From: Chthoniobacterales bacterium
Lineage (GTDB): Bacteria; Verrucomicrobiota; Verrucomicrobiia; Chthoniobacterales; UBA10450
Assembly: GCA_045809795.1 (NCBI GenBank)
Contig: JBJMXD010000005.1
Span: 225,177 to 289,176 of the forward strand
Length of the DNA: 64,000 bases
Direction: 5' to 3'
Within the stretch, counting starts at the first letter, position 1. Each line of letters opens with the position of its first letter. Below, piece by piece: positions 27,417-36,212 of this stretch. Under the pieces are notes generated by a model that was not told the DNA's origin, did no database searches, and was given only the letters and a program-made list of their open reading frames with translations. A program made the translations under genes and the position numbers.

Positions 27417-28781
27417 GTGAAAGACGCGCTTGTCGAATTGCTCGGCGCCGATCTGGTGGTCGACGACGAAGAGATTCTCGTGGCCCATGCCGGAGACAAA
27501 TGGTTCGCGAGCCACGCACCGGAAGTTGTCGTTTTCGCGGAATCGACAGAGCAGGTGAGCAAGCTGCTCAAGTTTGCCTCCGCGAATAAGATTCCGGTGA
27601 CGGCGCGCGGGGCGGGATTTGGCTACGTGGGCGGATGCGTGCCGGTCCGCGGCGGGATCGCGTTGTCGCTCGCGCGAATGAACCGGATCAAGGAAATCAA
27701 TTTCGCGGACGCGATCGCGATTGTGGAACCCGGCGTGATCACGGCTGAATTACAGGCGCGGGTTCGGGAGCAGAAACTTTTTTATCCGCCCGATCCGGCG
27801 AGTAAAAAGGATTGCAGCCTCGGCGGAAACGTGGCGACGAATGCAGGCGGCCCGCGCTGTTTGAAGTACGGGGTCACGCGAAATTACGTGGTCGGCCTGG
27901 AAGTCGTTCTCGCCAGCGGTGAAGTCTTGCGAACCGGTGGGCGCGTCCACAAGAACAAGACCGGATTCAACCTGGTCGGACTGTTCGTTGGCTCGGAAGG
28001 AATGCTGGGCGTGGTCACCGAGATCACGCTGAAGCTACTGCCGTTGCCGCCCGCACGCGCCACGCTGTCCGCTTCGTTTTCGAGCATGAGCGAAGCAGCC
28101 GCGACTGTGCAGAAAATTTTCGCCGCAGGATTTTTACCCGCCGGAGTTGAGTTGGCGGACGCTTTCACCCTCGAAGCCGCGCGTCACGATTCCGACGCGG
28201 CCGATGTGCCGGAGGGAAATGCCCATCTCCTCGTCGAGCTCGATGGACAACCGGAAACTGTTCTCGTCGAAATGGAAAAATTGTGCGCGCTGGTGAGCCA
28301 GGGCCCGACGGTGTCGTTGCGCGTCGCGACGACCGAAGAAGATTGTGAGCGTTTCTGGGCCCTGCGAAGAGCGTTCAGCAATTCATTGCGCGCGACTGGC
28401 CTGACAAAACTGAATCAAGATATCGTCGTGCCGCGCAGCAAGCTGGTCGAGTTGGTGGAATTCGCCGAAAGCCTTTCGACGCGCTCCGGATTTCCGATCG
28501 CCTGTTTCGGTCACGCGGGAGACGGCAACATACATGTCAACATCATGGCGGACCGGTACAACCGCGACGCAGAAGTGCGGGAGCGAGCCGAACGGGCGCT
28601 CGATGAATTGTTCGCGCAGGTCCTGGCGTTCGGCGGCGTGATCACCGGCGAGCATGGGATCGGGCTCGCCAAAAAACGGTGGTGGCCGGAAGCAACGAGC
28701 GATGTCTCGCGAGAAATTCACCACGCGATCAAGGATGCGCTCGATCCGGAAGGAATACTCAATCCGGGGAAGTTCTTGTAG
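27417..28781 (+). CDS. FAD-linked oxidase (GlcD / D-lactate dehydrogenase-like)
   Basis: 454 aa. Has the PCMH FAD-binding region (PVTARGAGFGYVGG) and a C-terminal GEHGIGLAKK. The TAG stop lies inside the REP motif. Confidence 0.85.
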   Translation: MKDALVELLGADLVVDDEEILVAHAGDKWFASHAPEVVVFAESTEQVSKLLKFASANKIPVTARGAGFGYVGGCVPVRGGIALSLARMNRIKEINFADAIAIVEPGVITAELQARVREQKLFYPPDPASKKDCSLGGNVATNAGGPRCLKYGVTRNYVVGLEVVLASGEVLRTGGRVHKNKTGFNLVGLFVGSEGMLGVVTEITLKLLPLPPARATLSASFSSMSEAAATVQKIFAAGFLPAGVELADAFTLEAARHDSDAADVPEGNAHLLVELDGQPETVLVEMEKLCALVSQGPTVSLRVATTEEDCERFWALRRAFSNSLRATGLTKLNQDIVVPRSKLVELVEFAESLSTRSGFPIACFGHAGDGNIHVNIMADRYNRDAEVRERAERALDELFAQVLAFGGVITGEHGIGLAKKRWWPEATSDVSREIHHAIKDALDPEGILNPGKFL

Positions 28782-28840
28782 CGGCGGTCTATGACCGCCG
28801 ACCTAATTAATATTCGGCGGTCATAGACCGCCGCTACAGG
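28777..28840. repeat. REPIN-like doublet (family R1)
   Basis: TGTAGCGGCGGTCTATGACCGCCG-ACCTAATTAATATT-CGGCGGTCATAGACCGCCGCTACAGG. Both convergent flanking genes stop in its TAG/CTA. Confidence 0.8.
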
Positions 28841-29706
28841 TTCAGAACCGCGGTCACGGCGCGATGATCGCTGGATTGCGGCGAAGTGTCTGCGACCCAA
28901 ACCTTCATCAACGTCGCGCCCCGATAGAAAATGTGATCGAAGCAGGCGGCGGGATATCGAAGATCGGCGGGCAGAGTAATTCGGGAGTTGAATGGAATTC
29001 CCTGCCAGCACCAGCGAAAACCGGCGGCCCGGAGATTTGGAATTGTTTTTTCGCTGGCGAAACGCAGCTCGTCGGGCGCGGTGTTGAAGTCGCCGCCAAC
29101 GATCCAGCTGAGCTCGCCGAGTTTACCGTAAGCGTCGTTCATTGCTTTCATGTGGGTGAGAAGTTGTTTCATGGACTCTTCGCGAATCCGGATGTTCTCG
29201 TGGATTTCGCCCCGGTTACTCTTCAAATGGAGCGCGTAAACGAGCACAAGTTTTCGCGGAGCGAGTTGATAGGCCGCGAAGGCAAACCCGCGGGGCGGGA
29301 CGAGCGCGCCCGAAGACTTCCACAATTCCGACCACGCGCTCAACGGCTGTAGCCGGCTGGTAATCGCGACCTGCTGCGCTTCATTCTGGCCTTCGCGCGG
29401 TGGGAAGGCGGAACAAACGTCGACCTTGAATCCGGCCAGCGGCTTTACTGCGAGCGACGCATGCTCGTAATCGCGCACTTCTTCAAGCGCGACGATATCG
29501 GAATTCAATCGCGCGAGATCGGCGTGGACCGCGTGAGTCTGCCGGTTTTCTTCGGTGCGCGAAGCGCTCGGCCGCCGGCCCGGGAACCATTGCACGTTCC
29601 AGAAGGTGACGGTGATTTGGGATGAAGGCGGGTGGTCTTCAGCGGGAACGGGGACGGGGAGGAGAAATATCGCGGCGAATAATGCGAAGAGGGCTCTGGG
29701 GAGCAT
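28834..29706 (-). CDS. Secreted endonuclease/exonuclease/phosphatase (EEP) family protein
   Basis: 290 aa with a signal peptide. Has TFWNVQWF, VALEEV, GDFN and SDHRAV motifs. Confidence 0.8.
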   Translation of the reverse strand: MLPRALFALFAAIFLLPVPVPAEDHPPSSQITVTFWNVQWFPGRRPSASRTEENRQTHAVHADLARLNSDIVALEEVRDYEHASLAVKPLAGFKVDVCSAFPPREGQNEAQQVAITSRLQPLSAWSELWKSSGALVPPRGFAFAAYQLAPRKLVLVYALHLKSNRGEIHENIRIREESMKQLLTHMKAMNDAYGKLGELSWIVGGDFNTAPDELRFASEKTIPNLRAAGFRWCWQGIPFNSRITLPADLRYPAACFDHIFYRGATLMKVWVADTSPQSSDHRAVTAVLNL

Positions 29707-29717
29707 GGCGGCAGAAG

Positions 29718-29799
29718 TGTAGCCATCGCCCTGCGGGCGACGCGAGAGGGAACTTGGAAAGCAATCTTTCTCAGAGGTCGCCGCGGCGACCTGCTACAG
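29718..29799. repeat. REP-like pair (TGTAGCCATCGCCCTGCGGGCGACG ... GGTCGCCGCGGCGACCTGCTACA)
   Basis: Two different GC hairpins bounded by TGTAGC and GCTACA. Confidence 0.6.
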
Positions 29800-29805
29800 A
29801 AGACG

Positions 29806-31359
29806 CTAACCCCGCTTGATGATTTGCCGCAGTTGCTCCAGCGCGGCGGCCTCGGCCTTTTCGGGGTCGTCGTAGCCCCAGGCCACGAGCTCCAGCATTT
29901 GGGTGCCAACGTCGCGCTTGCCGCGCTTTACCGCGTCGAGCCGGCCAGCCGGCGTCCAGTTTTCCTTGTCGACCATTCCCGGTGTGGGTGGTGTGCCGTC
30001 CCAATAGCAGTAGAAGACGTGGAGTGGGCGGCCGGCATTTTCGAAAACGTAGGCGCGAATCGGCAAAGGCACGCCGTTCACGTTGAGCAATTTATTTTGG
30101 ACTCCGCCGCGCTGCGTCATGCCACTGGCGGGCAGGCAGATGTCCGGTCGGTGATTTTTGATGAAAAGCCCAGCAGTGCGGCCGGGGAGCCACTTAAAAA
30201 AATACATGCTCCAGTTGTGACCGTCCGCGGACCAGTCGCCGCCGCCGCCTTCGTTGTAACGAAGCAAGGACTGCGCGGCCTCGTCGACCGGCACTTCTTT
30301 CCAATTACCGGCCTGGGTGGGCCAGGCGATGCTCCACGGGGCCAGCTTGGCGGAGCGCGCTTCGTGGACGCCATACCAAATCTGGGTACCGGCCTCCGCG
30401 AACACAGTAAGCGCAAGCAACAAAATCAGAACGAACCGCGGAATTCGAAAACCGGTGCGCGTATGGGATGTGACTGGAACGTTTTGATCTTTGCGGCCGA
30501 GAATGACACTCAAGCCCCACAGGCCCAACATGCAGATCGTCAAAATCGTGTAGCCCGCTGGATCGTGCCAACTCTTGATGGCCTGGAACCCGTGCTCCGC
30601 TCCAAGATAAACGAGGAGAAATGTCCGGACGAGATTGCACAAGAACGCGAGGAGCGCACCCGACAAGATCAGGATTATGCGACGGCGGACGGAAAAACCG
30701 TAGAATTCGCCGAGAAAAAGCGAGACCATGAAGGTGGCCTGCAACGAGCGGATACCCGTGCAGGCTTCGTCAATGCCGACGTACCCGGAACCGACTTCAA
30801 TAACGTTTCCGAGTTGCACAGCCGGAATCCCGATTGCCGTCAGGAACTCGACGTTGATGAGCGCGTCGATCCGCATCAATCCCTGGATCACGATTTGTTC
30901 GAGACCGGTCGGCCACGGAACGGCGACGAGAAAGAACAGGATGGGAAACGCGAAATGACGGAGCCACTTTGCGCCGCCCGCGAGATAAATGCCCGAGACA
31001 GAAATAAGCACCGCGCACAAGGCCATCGCCCAACTGAGTAAACGCCAATCGGGATTCGCTTCTTGAATCATGCGCACCGGCAAAAGGAAGAGCGCCGGCA
31101 GAACGATGAGCGCCATCCAAAAGAAGCTCGCGCGTGGAGCGGCAGGTGCGGGCGCGGTTTGCCACCGCCGCCAGAAAATGTAGGCCACCAGGACCGGCAC
31201 CGCCCAACCGTAACCGTATTGTGGATTGATCGACCATTCGAACCGCAGCCGCGAAACAACTTCGAGCCAGACTAGCGCGAACACCGTGATGGGAAACCAG
31301 GCGACGGCCGTTGAAGCGCTCTCGATTTTTGGCGGAGCCGCAGTGGCGACGGCATTCAT
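29806..31359 (-). CDS. Exosortase (EpsH/Xrt family) fused to a C-terminal EpsI-family domain
   Basis: ATG at 31359 (MNAVATAAPPKIES...). Exosortase core (GIDEACTGIRSL, FLCNLVRTF, HDPAGY), then an EpsI-like periplasmic domain (HRPDICLPASG). The 256 upstream codons of the track ORF were rejected. Confidence 0.85.
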   Translation of the reverse strand: MNAVATAAPPKIESASTAVAWFPITVFALVWLEVVSRLRFEWSINPQYGYGWAVPVLVAYIFWRRWQTAPAPAAPRASFFWMALIVLPALFLLPVRMIQEANPDWRLLSWAMALCAVLISVSGIYLAGGAKWLRHFAFPILFFLVAVPWPTGLEQIVIQGLMRIDALINVEFLTAIGIPAVQLGNVIEVGSGYVGIDEACTGIRSLQATFMVSLFLGEFYGFSVRRRIILILSGALLAFLCNLVRTFLLVYLGAEHGFQAIKSWHDPAGYTILTICMLGLWGLSVILGRKDQNVPVTSHTRTGFRIPRFVLILLLALTVFAEAGTQIWYGVHEARSAKLAPWSIAWPTQAGNWKEVPVDEAAQSLLRYNEGGGGDWSADGHNWSMYFFKWLPGRTAGLFIKNHRPDICLPASGMTQRGGVQNKLLNVNGVPLPIRAYVFENAGRPLHVFYCYWDGTPPTPGMVDKENWTPAGRLDAVKRGKRDVGTQMLELVAWGYDDPEKAEAAALEQLRQIIKRG

Positions 31360-31371
31360 GACGGGCGGGAC

Positions 31372-33213
31372 TTGAGCAGGATACAAGCCGACAAGCCCTG
31401 CCGTCGCGCCGTGGCTCGCGGGTTGCTCCCCTGCACATTTGTCCCTGTCCTGACCGGGCGCTTCGATAAATTGACTTTGGAGCGGGGCATAGAAAGCTTC
31501 ATCAACTTGGAACATCCTCACAATAAAATCGAGCGTTCGATCCTGAAGATCATTCTTTGGACAGTCGGGCTGATTCTGCTCGTCGCCATCGGCGGAGTGG
31601 TTGGCTTTCGCCAGTTTAGAGCATGGCAACAACGGCGACTGGTCGCGGAGGCCTACGGGTTGGTCGCGCAAGGTGATTATCATCGCGCCAGTCTCGATGC
31701 CCGGCGCATCCTCCAGATTAATCCCGATAGCGCGGAGGGTTGCCGAATCATGGCCCGGCTTTCCGAGATCGCTGGCACGCGCGGGGCGTTGGACTGGCGA
31801 CGGCGTGTGATGGAGCTCGGTAACGCTACGCCTGACGATTTGATTCTTTTGGCCCGCGCTGCTGTGAAGTTCGACGATCGCCAGACGGCGGACGTCGCGA
31901 TCGGGAAGCTGCCGGCGAGTGCGAAAGAGACGGCGGATTACCACGCTTTGCTCGCGGACATTGCCTTTGCCCGGCGCGATGGCGTTGAAATGGAACGCCA
32001 GCTCAGCGAAGCGGCGCGCCTCGCCCCGACAAATAAGGATTATGCGATGCGGCTGGCCTCGTTGCGGTTGGGGGCGAACGATCCAAGCATTCGCGCCGAG
32101 GGAAAACAGGCGCTCCTGGAAATGCAAAAGGATCCGGCCTTACGCCGTGACGCGACCCGTTACCTCGTGGAGGATGCGTTGCGGCAAAAGCTGACTCTTA
32201 CCGCGCTCGAACTGGCGCGTCAGCTCGACAGTTTCCCGGACAAGTCCTTTTCCGACCGGCTCCTTCTTCTCACCGCGCTCGATGCCGCGAAAGACAACGG
32301 ATTCGCCGCGTTTTTGGAGGAGATGAAAACGGCCTCAGCTGACGATCCGGAACGCGCGGCGGCGTTACTGACCTGGTTTAACATGCACAGGCGTGAGGCA
32401 GACGCGATCGCGTGGAGCGCGAACCTGCCACCTGGAGTGCTCGGACAAAAAATGGTGCAAATAGCACTGTCCGATTCGTACGTCGCGGCAAAAGACTGGA
32501 CGGGCTTGCAGCGGCTCGTGAACTCGGGCAACTGGGGGACGGTCGATTTTCTCCGGAACGCGCTTGATGCCCGCGCCCTGCGTGAACTTGGGAACCAGCC
32601 GGAATCCGAGGTGCAGTGGAATGAAGCGATCAAAAAAGTGGCCGGCGATTCGCGGCAGGCGCTGACCCTGGCGGAAACGGTTGAGAAATGGGGCTGGCGC
32701 CCGGAAGCGATCGATCTGCTCTGGTTGCTCGCGAAAGATCCGGTGAGAGCGGACGACGCGCTTCGCACTTTATACGGCTACTTCGCCAGGAACGATGACA
32801 CGGAAAACATGTATCGCGTTTTGCTCCACCAGGTGGAATTGCATCCCGACGATTTGAACACGCAGAATAATTTCGCGCAGCTTTCGCTCCTCCTGAACCT
32901 GAATACCGCTCGCGGACAAAAGGCCGCCCGTGACGTTTACGAGAAAAGTCCAAAGAATCCCGCTTACGTTTCGACCTACGCCTTCGCGCTTCACACAGCC
33001 GGCGATTCGAAGAAAGCACTGAAAATTCTGGAGACTTTAACGCCGGAACAACTGCACAAGCCCGAGATCGCGGCCTACTACGGCGTGATTCTGGCCGCGG
33101 GCGGCGATCAGACCCGCGCTGCTGAATTTCTCGATATCGGCGAGAAAGCGACCCTCTTGCCGCAGGAAAAAGACCTCATCGAAAAAGCGCGCCGTTCCCT
33201 GGCGCAACGCTGA
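31372..33213 (+). CDS. TPR-repeat protein with an N-terminal membrane anchor, divergent from the exosortase
   Basis: ~570-613 aa. TM segment ILKIILWTVGLILLVAIGGVV followed by many TPR-like helices. The start is uncertain: no ATG precedes the TM, and TTG candidates lie at 31372 and 31507. Confidence 0.7.
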   Translation: MSRIQADKPCRRAVARGLLPCTFVPVLTGRFDKLTLERGIESFINLEHPHNKIERSILKIILWTVGLILLVAIGGVVGFRQFRAWQQRRLVAEAYGLVAQGDYHRASLDARRILQINPDSAEGCRIMARLSEIAGTRGALDWRRRVMELGNATPDDLILLARAAVKFDDRQTADVAIGKLPASAKETADYHALLADIAFARRDGVEMERQLSEAARLAPTNKDYAMRLASLRLGANDPSIRAEGKQALLEMQKDPALRRDATRYLVEDALRQKLTLTALELARQLDSFPDKSFSDRLLLLTALDAAKDNGFAAFLEEMKTASADDPERAAALLTWFNMHRREADAIAWSANLPPGVLGQKMVQIALSDSYVAAKDWTGLQRLVNSGNWGTVDFLRNALDARALRELGNQPESEVQWNEAIKKVAGDSRQALTLAETVEKWGWRPEAIDLLWLLAKDPVRADDALRTLYGYFARNDDTENMYRVLLHQVELHPDDLNTQNNFAQLSLLLNLNTARGQKAARDVYEKSPKNPAYVSTYAFALHTAGDSKKALKILETLTPEQLHKPEIAAYYGVILAAGGDQTRAAEFLDIGEKATLLPQEKDLIEKARRSLAQR

Positions 33214-33238
33214 ATTCTGGGCCAGATTACGCCCGAAC

Positions 33239-33260
33239 CGGTCCCTCGGACCGATTCTTA
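33239..33260 (+). terminator. Possible intrinsic terminator after the TPR gene
   Basis: CGGTCC-CTC-GGACCG hairpin followed by ATTCTTAATT. Confidence 0.35.
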
Positions 33261-33298
33261 ATTAGACAAGTTTCAACCCGGCTGCGGTCCGGCATGCT

Positions 33299-34168
33299 AT
33301 GAAACCAGGAAAATTCACCCACACCATCGCCGTCCTGCTTTCTTCGATTACGGCGTTCTTTACCCACTCCGCGCCGGCCGCGGTCCCGGCGTCGAAGATC
33401 AAGCTCAGCAAGAAATCGAATTCGTCGAAGAAAGAAGGCCTCCTCAAGGTCGATCCTATTTCTTACACGCCCATGGCGAGCAACGATCCCCCATTGAACA
33501 ACCCCGGCGAAAAGTTTCCGTGGCGAAAAGAAATCGTCACCACCGTTTTTTGGATCGGCGAGAAACCGACCGCGAATAATCCCGTACCGAATCGCTCCAG
33601 TTCATGGGACGCAAACTGGACGAAGAACTACGGCGGGTTCGACGATCCGGAGAAATCGCATCGGCACGATTTCATTCCGGCGAAGTTCACCCCGCGACAA
33701 AATCCGTTCTACTGCGCGCTGCCTTACAACGACAAAGCGCGCGACGGCCACCGGCCCGAAGCGCCGCGCGTCGTGCCGTGGTTCAACGAAGCGTATCAAG
33801 GCCCCGGCGTTTCCACCTGCAAAGGCCGCTGGATCGCGATCCGCAAAGGAAACAAGGTCGCCTACGCGCAATGGGAAGATGCCGGTCCATTTCGGACCGA
33901 TCACTGGCAATACGTTTTCGGCAACGAACGTCCGAAACCGAACCTGAACAAAGGCGCCGGGCTCGACGTTTCACCAGCCGTCCGCGATTACCTGGGCATT
34001 GACGAGACCGACGTAACCGATTGGAAATTCGTCGACTTCAGCGAAGTACCTCACGGCCCCTGGTCCAAGCTCGGTGATAACAACACGTTTGTGATCAACG
34101 CCCGTAAAGGCATCGCGACGGTGGCCTCCGCGAATCCTACCCCCGGCGGCGTGACGGTTCGGCCCTAG
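33299..34168 (+). CDS. Hypothetical secreted protein (possibly the first, degenerate cassette)
   Basis: 289 aa. Signal peptide (IAVLLSSITAFFTHSAPA), then a conserved-looking Trp/Pro-rich core. The TAG stop lies in a degenerate R''-like CCCTAGC. Confidence 0.65.
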   Translation: MKPGKFTHTIAVLLSSITAFFTHSAPAAVPASKIKLSKKSNSSKKEGLLKVDPISYTPMASNDPPLNNPGEKFPWRKEIVTTVFWIGEKPTANNPVPNRSSSWDANWTKNYGGFDDPEKSHRHDFIPAKFTPRQNPFYCALPYNDKARDGHRPEAPRVVPWFNEAYQGPGVSTCKGRWIAIRKGNKVAYAQWEDAGPFRTDHWQYVFGNERPKPNLNKGAGLDVSPAVRDYLGIDETDVTDWKFVDFSEVPHGPWSKLGDNNTFVINARKGIATVASANPTPGGVTVRP

Positions 34169-34263
34169 CAACGACATGACGCCCCGTTCCCTCCCGACTT
34201 CGCCGTGATAGGCGAAAAAATGTTCGCCTTTAAATACGAACCTTCGTCTAATTCTCGTTAGAC
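34163..34263 (+). repeat. attC0, a decayed attC-like site (R''-like CCCTAGC ... R' GTTAGAC)
   Basis: The 3' end CGTCTAATTCTCGTTAGAC matches the attC7 3' end. The 5' half is only loosely similar, and the L-box pairing is lost. Confidence 0.5.
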
Positions 34264-34264
34264 G

Positions 34265-34561
34265 TTGAGAGCCGTGCACTATCACGATGGAACACCAGTG
34301 AAGCTCGGCGATCGGGTGCGTGCGGCCATTCCGGGCGGCACAGCCCCGGCACGCATCGTCATGCTCGGAGACACCTATGAGCATCTGGAGATCGATCCAC
34401 AGTTCCTGAGCTGGGTGAAGCGTGACAGAGTGCTGGAGCCAGCGCATGTTGTGCTCGAGTGGATCGAGGAAAACCCCTTTGCACATGACGATCCGAAATA
34501 TGCTCCAGTCGGAAACTTCATGTTTTCACCGCTCGATTCTGCAGTCACGCGTGACGTCTAA
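34265..34561 (+). CDS. Cassette 1 ORF, hypothetical
   Basis: 98 aa. TTG at 34265 (alternative GTG at 34274) lies 2 nt after the R' core. The stop TAA is the TAA of the attC1 R'' box. No family recognised. Confidence 0.5.
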   Translation: MRAVHYHDGTPVKLGDRVRAAIPGGTAPARIVMLGDTYEHLEIDPQFLSWVKRDRVLEPAHVVLEWIEENPFAHDDPKYAPVGNFMFSPLDSAVTRDV

Positions 34562-34678
34562 CCATGCGATGGAGCGAACGCCGGACCGCTTCGCGTCCAC
34601 ATTTGAGATGACTTCGACACTTCCACTCCGAGCGATGCGCGGTCTCGCCAGCCGTCGCTCATCTTGTTCTCGTTAGAT
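34556..34678 (+). repeat. attC1 (123 bp, loop class I)
   Basis: GTCTAAC...GGAGCGAACG...TTTGAGATGACTTCGACACTTCCACTCCGAGCGA...CGTCGCTCATCTTGTTCTCGTTAGAT. Confidence 0.85.
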
Positions 34679-34725
34679 GACGCGACGTGCCTTCTGGAAT
34701 CACCAAGAAATAGCTCGCGACCCAC

Positions 34726-35124
34726 ATGAGCTCCGATTTTGACCCGCGCCCGGACGAGCCTGCCGGCCACGTCGCGGACTCCTTTGTTCGGATGTTCTTC
34801 GGTGACGACGAGACTCGAGCGGAAGCCCTATCCTGGCTCAAAGCGGGTGGTGACAAGCACACTTTGGGAGAGCTAGCCTCCACTTCCGTATCAGTTCGCT
34901 TAGTCAACGCCGTTTATCGCGCCGGTGCGACGAAGGTTTGGGCCGTCGAGATCGACAGGTATCCCGATGGCAGGGAAAATACTGGCAAGATTGTTATCGA
35001 GTTGCCGGACGAGCCCCGGCTACGCAGTCAAGTCTTGGCGTGGGCGAGTCGGAAATCTAGAGCCAAAGGTTTTGGTGAAATCTACGACGAAAAGCAACAT
35101 TATGTTTTCCTCATGCTGGACTGA
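34726..35124 (+). CDS. Cassette 2 ORF, hypothetical cytoplasmic
   Basis: 132 aa with an ATG start. Stops 3 nt before attC2. Confidence 0.6.
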   Translation: MSSDFDPRPDEPAGHVADSFVRMFFGDDETRAEALSWLKAGGDKHTLGELASTSVSVRLVNAVYRAGATKVWAVEIDRYPDGRENTGKIVIELPDEPRLRSQVLAWASRKSRAKGFGEIYDEKQHYVFLMLD

Positions 35125-35127
35125 GTC

Positions 35128-35250
35128 ATCTAACCAAGCGATGGAGCGAACGGCGACCCGCTTTCGGTCCGCGCGCTCGCCAGCTAGAGTGTCTTTCGTG
35201 AAGGCACAGCGCGCTCTCGGTCGCCGTCGCTCATCTTGTTCTCGTTAGAT
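35128..35250 (+). repeat. attC2 (123 bp, unique loop)
   Basis: ATCTAAC ... GAGCGAACGGCGACC / GGTCGCCGTCGCTC ... GTTAGAT. Confidence 0.85.
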
Positions 35251-35521
35251 GGTGAATGCCGTTCCCAAAGCAGCGAACAAAAGACCAGCGTGGCAGCGCC
35301 GCGCTGTGAGTCAGCTTCAGTGGCGGCATCTTTATGCATGGCTTTTGAGTCTTGGTGTGGCACTTGTCATCGGATACGCCCTTCAGCAATGTGGATTGGC
35401 TTCGGTTCCTTGGGCGCTTTTATTCGTTCTTCCTTTTGTCCTTGCCTCCAGTTTCATGATCCCGCTCGCATATCGTCGCGGCTTGGAGGACGGGAGAGCG
35501 CACCCGTCTGACTCGGAGTGA
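35249..35521 (+). CDS. Cassette 3 ORF, small membrane protein (2 TM)
   Basis: 90 aa. The ATG overlaps the R' core (GTTAGATG). Hydrophobic helices LYAWLLSLGVALVIGYAL and WALLFVLPFVLASSFMI. Confidence 0.55.
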   Translation: MVNAVPKAANKRPAWQRRAVSQLQWRHLYAWLLSLGVALVIGYALQQCGLASVPWALLFVLPFVLASSFMIPLAYRRGLEDGRAHPSDSE

Positions 35522-35542
35522 GCTGATGCAGCAGCGCCGACC

Positions 35543-35665
35543 ATCTAACCATGCGATGGAGCGAACGGCGGACCGCCGCATGACAAGTATGAAGGAAAAA
35601 TTAAGAATTAAGAAGTATCCGGAGCGCGCTCCCGTCCGCCGTCGCTCATCTTGTTCTCGTTAGAT
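35543..35665 (+). repeat. attC3 (123 bp, loop class III)
   Basis: ATCTAAC ... GAGCGAACGGCGGAC ... ATGACAAGTATGAAGGAAAAATTAAGAATTAAGAAGTAT ... GTCCGCCGTCGCTC ... GTTAGAT. Confidence 0.85.
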
Positions 35666-36206
35666 GTTTCGACTGCACGTAACACGAACGATTTGGTTCG
35701 CAGCACTCGCGTGTGGGCTTGCCGCGATGGGTGAGGACACGCCAGTAACCAGCGCTCAGCAGCCCGCGCTCGAGAAGCTCGCAGGATCGGTCGGGGTTTG
35801 GGAGAGCACCACGCGGTATCGATTCGCGCCGGATATGCCTGTCTTTGAGAGCCACAGTGTCGAGACGACGCAGTGGTCCCCGAACCACAAGTTTCTGATT
35901 TCGGACCAGCGAGGAACAATGCCTGACGGGACGATAAACCGGGTCGTTGTCATTACTTGGGATCCGAAGGAGAAGTTGTACAAGCTGGTGGCGATCTATG
36001 CCGGAGGAGAAACCGAGCAACTGGCAATGACTGTCGAGGGCAGCGTGCGAACCATCGTCTCCTATCGTCACATCGGTGAGCGCATGATTCGCTGTGAGAA
36101 TAAGATGGAAGACACATCACCTACGGAATTTAAGGCCCGCTGCGAATGCACGGATCGGGAAACGAATTGGACCTTCTCGGAGGCAAGCTCAAAGAAAGTG
36201 CAGTGA
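35664..36206 (+). CDS. Cassette 4 ORF, secreted protein (DUF1579-like, tentative)
   Basis: 180 aa. The ATG overlaps the R' core. Signal peptide TIWFAALACGLAAMG. Confidence 0.65.
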   Translation: MFRLHVTRTIWFAALACGLAAMGEDTPVTSAQQPALEKLAGSVGVWESTTRYRFAPDMPVFESHSVETTQWSPNHKFLISDQRGTMPDGTINRVVVITWDPKEKLYKLVAIYAGGETEQLAMTVEGSVRTIVSYRHIGERMIRCENKMEDTSPTEFKARCECTDRETNWTFSEASSKKVQ

Positions 36207-36212
36207 GCCAAC

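Noticed and set aside
29806-32127. The 773-aa version of the exosortase ORF.
   Set aside because: The first 256 codons have Arg/Pro/Gly-rich junk composition and are antisense to the TPR gene. An in-frame ATG at 31359 precedes the first exosortase TM helix.
35236-35511. Plus-strand ORFs starting MFSLD... (35236-35511, and the 41137 start of the 41137-41682 ORF).
   Set aside because: The start is a TTG inside the attC 3' arm (TTG TTC TCG TTA GA.). It recurs only because the repeat recurs. Better starts lie at or just after the R' core.
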